Assembly (NCBI RefSeq): GCF_000018105.1 | Contig: NC_009926.1 | Location: 342,162-374,161 of the forward strand | Direction: 5' to 3' | Length of the DNA: 32,000 bases | Source: Acaryochloris marina MBIC11017 | GTDB lineage: Bacteria; Cyanobacteriota; Cyanobacteriia; Thermosynechococcales; Thermosynechococcaceae | In this document: piece after piece, positions 16,674 through 23,500 of the stretch | Layout of the letters: every line of letters begins with the position of its first letter | Numbering within the stretch: the first letter of the stretch is position 1 | Translations under genes and position numbers: made by a program | Notes under the pieces: generated by a model | The model's database searches: none | Seen by the model: only the letters and a program-made list of their open reading frames with translations | Told to the model about the DNA's origin: nothing

Positions 16674-17189
16674 TTACAGATCCCCCCGAATCTCTTCAAT
16701 GACACCATCCCGCAGTACCATCTCGACCTGCATCTTGCGAATAAAGTGGTCGCCTTGCTTGACGTAAAAGTAGCTATCTACCTGGCCTTGTTCAACTTCC
16801 TCGCCCAGCTCCAATGTTCCGACCTTCTCCAGTTGCTGCAAGACTTGAGCTTTTTGCTGGAGCAGTTCGTTTTTGCGTTTTTCAGCTTGCACCTGGATGC
16901 CTTGGATCTGGTTCTGGGTTTCGGCAATAGTGCGGCCCTCTCCCCCAGTACTCTGAATGGTGTGCTGGCTCAGTTCACTCACCATCTGCTGGACTTGGGT
17001 ATCGAGCTGAGCTAATTGCTCATCCAACTGATCAACTTGGGACTGGAGAAGTTGCTGTGCCTCGTCTTTCCATATAGGAGTGACGATGGCCTTGATGGTG
17101 ATCGGACGATTGAGTAAGAGCTGATTAGATGATGGAGACTCAACCCAAAGTTCTGGTTTGGGCTGGGTGGGACGGTCTTGAATAAGCAT
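16674..17189 (-). CDS. coiled-coil protein, tentatively YlqD-like
   Basis: AAGGAG RBS. Central Q/E-rich heptad region and a C-terminal beta-like tail (YFYVKQGDHFIRKMQVEMVLRDGVIEEIRGDL) that resembles the YlqD family as I remember it. Confidence 0.55.
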   Translation of the reverse strand: MLIQDRPTQPKPELWVESPSSNQLLLNRPITIKAIVTPIWKDEAQQLLQSQVDQLDEQLAQLDTQVQQMVSELSQHTIQSTGGEGRTIAETQNQIQGIQVQAEKRKNELLQQKAQVLQQLEKVGTLELGEEVEQGQVDSYFYVKQGDHFIRKMQVEMVLRDGVIEEIRGDL

Positions 17190-17210
17190 GATTGCTCTCC
17201 TTAATTAGAT

Positions 17211-17417
17211 GGTTTTGAAGGTGACGGATAATATGCCACCGTTAATTTGCTAGTTGGCGGTGACGGATAATGTGCCACCAGCTTTATTCGCTCCAGTCGG
17301 AGGTGCCAGGTAATGTGCCACCGCTCTGATTTGCTTAGTTGGAAGTGACCGATAATCTGCCACCTTCCGAATTTGGCTGTGCGGTGACGGGTAATATGCC
17401 ACTCTTGTTATTTGCCG
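17211..17417 (-). repeat. array of five 39-43-bp direct repeats (iterons), each containing the backbone box
   Basis: The units start at about 17211, 17251, 17293, 17336 and 17379. The shared core is GGTGAC(G/C)G(A/G)TAAT(A/G/C)TGCCAC(C/T) followed by ..(A/T)TTTG(C/G)C. The box copies start at 17227, 17266, 17309, 17351 and 17390. Confidence 0.85.
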
Positions 17418-17655
17418 ATGATGGGGCGATGGTCCCCCGCAGCCACCAGCCACCAGCCCCAGCGATGAGGGCGACTAGCACGACGAGCCAACCCCAATAG
17501 CTGAAATCGCCAAGCACGGCCATGCGGTAGTCATGTTCTCTTTGTTGTTTGGCTGCTTTGCGGATGGCTTCTTGGTCTGCGAGGATCATGGCCCGTTCAC
17601 GGATGGCGATGGCCTCTTTCGACTGCATCGCCCACACCTGAAATTGGGTGTTCAT
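17335..17655 (-). CDS. small membrane protein (one TM), C-terminal tail reads into the iteron array
   Basis: ATG 17655 follows the upstream stop by 23 nt. The alternative GTG at 17709 overlaps the upstream gene. TM segment FSYWGWLVVLVALIAGAGGWW. The last ~27 codons overlap repeat units, so the true 3' extent is uncertain. Confidence 0.4.
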   Translation of the reverse strand: MNTQFQVWAMQSKEAIAIRERAMILADQEAIRKAAKQQREHDYRMAVLGDFSYWGWLVVLVALIAGAGGWWLRGTIAPSSANNKSGILPVTAQPNSEGGRLSVTSN

Positions 17656-17678
17656 CAGCTCCAACAAGATTTGACGTT

Positions 17679-18314
17679 CTAAACTTCCCGGACCTCGGCC
17701 TCCAAACACTTTCCCGGCACCGTCTCGCCTTCAAGAGCTTCTTGGGCTTCCTCTTTCGCCCATTCTTCGGCAAACATCTTCTTCAAGTCACGACTCAGCT
17801 GCTGCATATGGTACTTATGCGCGGCTTGCACCACCCGCTCTGAAGTCTTCCGGGCATTCTTGACGACTCGGCGGCAGGTTCGCAGTGAGTCAGCTTTTAA
17901 AGCTAACTTCATATCCTCGTCAACCTCCTCCACATCATCAATGGTTACTTCCTCCTCGGGTTCTTCGGTGCCCTGTAATTCAGCTTTGACCGCATCAACG
18001 GGGTCCATGCTTTCCTCAGAAACCCGCTCACAGACCAATGTGAACAGCGGGTGGTACAGGTCATTGCCCGTCTCAATCCCCTCAGCAGTAATGGCCTTGT
18101 GGATAGGCTTAAGGTCAACTTGATGGGTGTCAGCGGTGTAGATGCACCAGGCATGGGTGTAGTTATCAGCCGATTTCTCCTCTCTCAGCTTCACGACACC
18201 TTGCAGAGTTTCCAGGTCATAGCCGTCTTCACTCATTCCGCAGGCTCTCAGTAGATGACCGACTTGCTTGTCATCCATGCCGAGGGTTTGCATTAGATCA
18301 TTCATAATAGTCAT
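17679..18314 (-). CDS. hypothetical acidic protein (211 aa)
   Basis: ATG 18314 (MTIMNDLMQ...) has GGAGA about 10 nt upstream. The 72-codon extension to 18527 in the ORF track reads through three box copies and has junk-like composition. Confidence 0.55.
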   Translation of the reverse strand: MTIMNDLMQTLGMDDKQVGHLLRACGMSEDGYDLETLQGVVKLREEKSADNYTHAWCIYTADTHQVDLKPIHKAITAEGIETGNDLYHPLFTLVCERVSEESMDPVDAVKAELQGTEEPEEEVTIDDVEEVDEDMKLALKADSLRTCRRVVKNARKTSERVVQAAHKYHMQQLSRDLKKMFAEEWAKEEAQEALEGETVPGKCLEAEVREV

Positions 18315-18342
18315 TCGTTTATTTCTCCAAATGTTGAACTGT

Positions 18343-18480
18343 GGGAATGTACCACCGGGGGTTTTGAGAGTGGTGGAGTGAGGGGACATGGAAATATGCC
18401 CCCTCTTCCTGCTGAGGTCAGTCGTCCATAACGAACTCCTCGAATCTCGTCTGTGAATCATCCCAAGGGAATATGCCACC
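18343..18480 (-). promoter_or_regulatory. three backbone-box copies upstream of the 211-aa gene
   Basis: GGGAATGTACCACC (18343-18356), GGAAATATGCCCCC (18390-18403) and GGGAATATGCCACC (18467-18480). They lie between the stop at 18520 and ATG 18314. Confidence 0.5.
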
Positions 18481-18519
18481 AGCATTTTTTCGGTACTGGC
18501 ATGAGCCTTCCTAATCGAA

Positions 18520-18957
18520 TTAGTCATCCTCCTTCAACCCTGCATAGATACTTATTGCAGGGCTATCAGAATCTACCGCCGGGGGTTCCTCTTCTTCTCT
18601 TGGAGGTTCATAAGGCTCAGGGGGCGGCTGTACAGTCTCAGGTTCTACGACCATTGGGGCGGCTGTGGATGGAGCTGGTGAGGGTGGCGTCAATTCAGGA
18701 GAATCCCCATCAGCAGTAACCATAATCAATGCCAGTTCGTAAAACGTCTCAACCTGATCTCTTGAAATCAGGATGGCCTTGCGAACCTCAGCTACGGAAT
18801 TGGTTCGAAGGGCAACAACCACTGGCTTAAAGACGGCATAGAGAATCGTCACGCACTTAGTCGCAAACGTTCCGTAGAAGTGTTGCTTGGATGCTTGCAA
18901 GATTTCCTTATACTCTGCATTAGGGTATACAGCATCTACTTTTAATCGCTCAGGCAT
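18520..18957 (-). CDS. candidate ParR-like partition adaptor (145 aa)
   Basis: The start overlaps the ParM-like stop (TAATG) and has an AAGGAGG RBS. It has a short structured N-terminal half and a Pro/Glu-rich disordered tail (PPSPAPSTAAPMVVEPETVQPPPEPYEPPREEEEPP). The assignment rests on position and architecture only. Confidence 0.4.
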   Translation of the reverse strand: MPERLKVDAVYPNAEYKEILQASKQHFYGTFATKCVTILYAVFKPVVVALRTNSVAEVRKAILISRDQVETFYELALIMVTADGDSPELTPPSPAPSTAAPMVVEPETVQPPPEPYEPPREEEEPPAVDSDSPAISIYAGLKEDD

Positions 18958-20051
18958 TACACAACCTCCTTAACTGGAGCAGGTTGCAGTTGCATCACAG
19001 GGGCTGCATGTTGTCGCCAAATCAGATATAGATCGATAAATCTCTGCTGCTGAGACAACGACAATCGAAGTTGAGCAAATGTTGTCTTGATTTCCCTGCG
19101 AACCGGAGCGAGGATATCAGCCTTGACCTGGCATAAATCAGCCAAATAGTCTCCCCAGAAAAAGGAGCCTCCCCCGCCGACATACACACGCTTAGAATTC
19201 ATGAAGTCGGTATCCGCTGCCAAGTCATCACTCAGGTCAGTCCAAACTAAATCTTTGGCTTCTTTGAGTGCAGCTAGCTTAATCGGCTTCTCCTCTTCAG
19301 TGAGCATTGCCGATAATCCCCCTTCGCCCCAGGCCATCGCCTCCTCATACAGCAGCTTCGCCCCCGTCAATTCATTGCTGAAGGCAAACGGGAAGTTCCG
19401 CAAAATCTCAATGGTGCCGTACCCCGTCCAGGTATAAGCATTCGGCACCACATTCGCCTGCTCATCCTTGAGGTTGATAATCGTCACATCTCTGTGACCA
19501 AACATCAGGATTGAACAGGGGTACACGTTGGCGTAGCTGGCAAATCCTGCACCCTCTGGATGGACCTGGACCCGAACGGGATTACATGAAACTGTGTCAA
19601 TCCCATACTGGAAACTGCGGATATGCTTGAAAATCAGCTCCTCAGTTTCTCGGAAGTAGGGGGCTTCATTTGAAGGCAGCATCAGATCAATCTCAACATC
19701 CAGGGGGCTATCGATTTCGCTGATGTACTGACCCACAATCGACAGCACCTTAGCCACGGCATGGTGCTTTTTGATCCGATTCACCTTGGTCCGACGTACA
19801 GCCCCCTCGGCATACTCACCCACAATCCAATGGGCACCATCAAATGACAGGTGTGACCCTTGCCGATTGTTCACTAAGTTCAAAGATTCGTAATAGCTTG
19901 CCGTGACTTTGCGGATGGCACTCGATTGCAAAATCAAGTCCTCAACACCCACCTTGCCAGGGTGAGTGGTTTGGACAAGAACTTTGTTACCGGATGCCCC
20001 AGTATCGATTCCAAATTTGGCGATAGCGTTCATGGATTTTCGCTTCTCCAT
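18957..20051 (-). CDS. actin-like plasmid segregation ATPase (ParM/Alp family)
   Basis: Actin-fold motifs: phosphate-1 FGIDTGASGNKV, connect VHPEGAG, adenosine VYVGGGGSFFW. The phosphate-2 region is atypical (ILMFGHRDVTI). Start at ATG 20051, or at ATG 20033 with GGAG 12 nt upstream. The 20138 start in the ORF track reads through the iterons. Confidence 0.7.
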   Translation of the reverse strand: MEKRKSMNAIAKFGIDTGASGNKVLVQTTHPGKVGVEDLILQSSAIRKVTASYYESLNLVNNRQGSHLSFDGAHWIVGEYAEGAVRRTKVNRIKKHHAVAKVLSIVGQYISEIDSPLDVEIDLMLPSNEAPYFRETEELIFKHIRSFQYGIDTVSCNPVRVQVHPEGAGFASYANVYPCSILMFGHRDVTIINLKDEQANVVPNAYTWTGYGTIEILRNFPFAFSNELTGAKLLYEEAMAWGEGGLSAMLTEEEKPIKLAALKEAKDLVWTDLSDDLAADTDFMNSKRVYVGGGGSFFWGDYLADLCQVKADILAPVRREIKTTFAQLRLSLSQQQRFIDLYLIWRQHAAPVMQLQPAPVKEVV

Positions 20052-20060
20052 AATCAACGA

Positions 20061-20074
20061 AATAATGTACCGCC
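20061..20074 (-). promoter_or_regulatory. backbone box copy (AATAATGTACCGCC on +) directly upstream of the ParM-like gene
   Basis: 9 nt from ATG 20051 and 27 nt from ATG 20033. Read in the gene direction it is GGCGGTACATTATT, which contains the -10-like TACATT. Confidence 0.5.
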
Positions 20075-20095
20075 ACCCCAAATCACGATTCACAC

Positions 20096-20171
20096 AAATC
20101 CCCCTAAATCCCCACAAATCCCCTTGCAACTCCCCCAAATCCCCCTCGAAATAGGTGAGACTTGGGGGAAT
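20096..20171 (-). repeat. phased AAATCCCC(C) iterons, candidate parC-like centromere/operator
   Basis: Direct copies start at 20096, 20106, 20116 and 20137 (spacing 10, 10 and 21 bp). An inverted copy GGGGGAAT lies at 20164-20171. All are upstream of the ParM-like gene. Confidence 0.55.
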
Positions 20172-20328
20172 CCAGAGAATGACCTGAGAACTTGCAGGAA
20201 AGCTTGGAGTGGTGCTACTTTGAGGGCAGATTCAAGAGGTTTTGGAGGGGTCGCTGAGGCTCCCACACCCATCACCACTCCGAGGCACCGGAACGGAAAT
20301 TTACCCAATCGGACTGACCCTAAATTTT

Positions 20329-20427
20329 CGTAGTACATTCAGAAACATTTTTGTACTATCACGTAGTACTTCCGTAGTTGTTTTGTAACTTCACTTTGTA
20401 GTACACCGTCATATCTTTGTAGTTTTC
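20329..20427. other. candidate oriT region: AT-rich block with repeated (T)TTGTAGTAC / CGTAGTAC motifs
   Basis: CGTAGTACA 20329-20337, TTGTACTA 20351-20358 (inverted), CGTAGTACT 20362-20370, CGTAGTTG 20373-20380, TTGTAGTACA 20396-20405 and TTTGTAGTTTTC 20416-20427. The block lies in the divergent intergenic region immediately upstream of the relaxase gene. Confidence 0.35.
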
Positions 20428-20543
20428 ATGAGAACGATCACTTCTGTGGTCGATGGAATCGCTTTTTAAAAATTTCACAGCAGGTATTCCCATGCTTAAA
20501 ACTTTCCTGAAACATCTGAACGACTAAGCCAGGGGCCGATGTC

Positions 20544-23500
20544 ATGAAGACGATGCGGACCATCTATGGAGAAATGATTGACTATTACGATGAGGATGAA
20601 TCTCTCGTAGATGCTCCAGAGCGCTATTACAGCGAATCCGAGGTTATCACTGACATCGACCGCATGAGTACCGCTGTCTGGGTCGGCTCCAACGCGATTG
20701 TTCAAAAGTTAGGCACCTACGTTAAACGAGAGGACTTCAAAGCCCTCAGTCGAGGGTTTCTACCTGAAGCCTTAAAAAGTGTCGCGGGTGGTGCAGTCCA
20801 ACGGATTCGGGGCAAGAAACCCAACGAGGAAGACAAAGAACGCCATGCCCATGACGTGGTGCTGTCTGCTCCCAAAAGTGTGTCGATGGCCCTGCACTTG
20901 GAAGGGGATAACCGGATCTTTGATGCCCACATGGAGGCAGTCCTCGAAACGTTTGAGTTGCTTGAACGGGAGTATGCCCAGACCCGAATTCAAGTGAATG
21001 GGGTGCGCTCTGTCGTCGATACGGGCAATATGATTGCGGCGTTGATGCCCCATCACACTTCACGAGATGGAGATATGCAGCTCCACACCCATATGCTGAT
21101 CATGAATGGCACACAGGGGCCAGATGGTCGGTGGCGATCCCTCTCTCATGAAAAGCTGGCTCAGGCCAAGTGGATCGGCAGCTTCTATCGTCAGAAGTTA
21201 GCTGAGAAGGTCCAGCGACTGGGCTATCGCATCTACCAAACCAAGGATGCATTTGAGCTAGTGGGCTACGACCGTTCTGATGTCGAAGTCTTCAGCAAGC
21301 GTCATCGGGCCATCGTCAAAGCGGTTCGGGATGAAGGGCTAGAAGTTACTCCTGAGAACAAGAAGCTGAAGGTACTCCCCACTCGCAAGGCTAAGCGGGG
21401 TGTCGGTAAAAAGCTTGAAATCATCCAAGACCATTGGCGTGAAGAAGCCCGCTCTCAAGGGGTGGGCCATCCAGTATTGGCTGAACCTTTGGCCGTCCTA
21501 CCTGACCCAGGTAGAGCCAGGTATGAAGTTGAGAGTGCTATTCGCCATTATGCAGAGTGGTCCTCAATCTTTGAGAAGGATGACATCTATGCCTATGTCT
21601 TCAAGACCCTCAAGCGACAGGGCATGGCTATGGAACAGGTGGATGAGGCCATCAAGCAAAGCAAGGAACTGATCCCCGTTGACCGTGGATTCACCACCGT
21701 CACTGCCGTTGAAGAAGAAGCCCAGATCCATCAGCGCTGGATGGCAGGCCAAGGTCAAGCTCAGCCAATGGTCGCTCATCCTTCACTTGCTGGGATTTCG
21801 GTCAAGCTGAACGAAGACCAGGCCAAGACCATACTCAACACCCTCACTAGCACTGACCATTATCAAATCTGGCAAGGCTTTCCAGGGGTGGGCAAGTCCA
21901 GAACCTTGGGGGTACTCAAGACTTTACTCAATGGATCCGGTTTCACGATTCGGGGGTTCAGCCCTACCATCCCAGCCGCAAAGAAGCTCCAAGATGAGCT
22001 AGGCATCACGACCAACACCGTTGAGCATCTAGTTCTCCATCAAGTTGATGATAGCCCTAACCAAGTCTGGCTGATTGATGAAGCGGGCATGATGAGCCGA
22101 CGACAGATGAAGGTGATTCTGGAAAAGGCAGAGGCAGTCAAGGCACAAGTCATCTTCGTAGGGGATGCGGGCCAGAACTCTTCAATTGAAGCGGGCAATC
22201 CCTTCAAGTTTATGCAGGCCAATGGAGCCACCACTCACCGAATTGAGGAGATTATCAGGCAAAAAGTTGATGTCCAAAAGCAGGCCGTTGAACTGATTGC
22301 CAGAGGTAGAGGAATTGCAGCACTAGAACTCCTTGATGCTAATGGATATGTGATTGAGTCGGGCTGTAAAGCGGAAATGGCTCAAGCCGCAGCAGATCAG
22401 TACCTCGCTCTCCCCCTCAAAGAACAAGAGGAAACCCTGATTATCGCTGGTACCAATGAGGAACGACTCGATACGGAGCAAGCCATTCGTAGAGGGGAGA
22501 AACAAGCAGGACGGCTAGGGGAATCCAGCAAGATTGTTCAGCTCAAGTCCCGCAACTTGAGTATCGAGCAAAAGCGTCGGGTGGATTGGTATCGCAAAGG
22601 GGATTACGTCCGATTACTTCAAACCTCCCATACCGCATCCATCAAGCGAGGAGAACTCTACAAGGTGGAAAAACGCGAAGGGGATGAGCTGGTGGTATCT
22701 TCCTTTGGCGGTCGCCTCTATCGATTCAAACCCGCGAAATACAAACTAAAGGAGGTCTACAGTGCCCATAAATTTGATGTGGCCGTTGGGGACAAGTTGC
22801 GGTGGACGACAACGATCAAAGAAAACAACTGGATTAACGGTCAGCAGCTCACGGTCACCGCCCTTGATGGCTTGAACATGAAAGTCAGAGACCATGAGGG
22901 ACGTTCCCATGATGTGCCCCTCACGCAACCGCTTGCCTTGGAATATGACCGGGTGTGGACTTCCTACCGCTCCCAGAGTGGCAGCAAGAAACGGACGATT
23001 GTCATCACCACCAATGACCGGACCTCCAGCCGGGAGCCGTTCCTCGTCGATATTTCTCGGCAAGAACATGAATTGACTGTCTATACCGAGAGCCTGAACA
23101 AACTCAGGAATCGGGTCGCCAAATCCAATGCCCAAAAAAGTGCTTTAGATCTAATCGAGGGAACCTATGGAAACCAACGAACAACAACAGCAGATCATCA
23201 ACGAGCTTCGAGTCCAGTTAGCCCCACTCACGGACGCGATCACCATCTTGACCAATCAAGTCGAAGAGGTCCAAGCCCAGAACCAACACATCCTAGACGA
23301 GAACAGAGAACTCAAGTCCCAAGTCAGGGAGCGGATCAACACCATTCCAATGGAAGTCAAAGCCGTTCTCAACCTGTTCATCCAGGAATTCAAGGAGGCG
23401 ATGGCATCCAAGAAACCCTCGGATATGAGCGAGTCGATCAAGGAACTCGCCAAGGCAATGGACAACTTAAGGTTGAAAATCGAGGATACCAGCGTCTTGC

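Noticed and set aside
17211-17417. Possible small CRISPR array (regularly spaced ~21-nt repeats).
   Set aside because: The units are only about 41 bp in total, and the supposed spacers (about 20 nt) share sequence with each other (..ATTTGC). No cas genes or leader are present, and the repeat core recurs singly across the backbone.
17250-17453. ORF 17250..17453 (-) and the C-terminal tail of ORF 17335..17709 (-) read through the five repeats, suggesting a protein with tandem peptide repeats.
   Set aside because: Repeat spacing is 39, 43, 42 and 39 bp, not a constant multiple of 3. The reading frame therefore changes between units and the peptide repeats do not hold. The same box also occurs singly in clearly intergenic positions.
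18315-18527. 71-codon N-terminal extension of ORF 17679..18527 (-).
   Set aside because: It reads through three box copies with junk-like composition. ATG 18314 has a GGAGA RBS and a plausible N-terminus.
20052-20138. N-terminal 29-codon extension of the ParM-like ORF (start at 20138).
   Set aside because: The extension translates the AAATCCCC iterons and the backbone box into MGELQGDLWGFRGICVNRDLGW. It has no RBS, and the actin phosphate-1 motif sits a normal distance from ATG 20051 or 20033.
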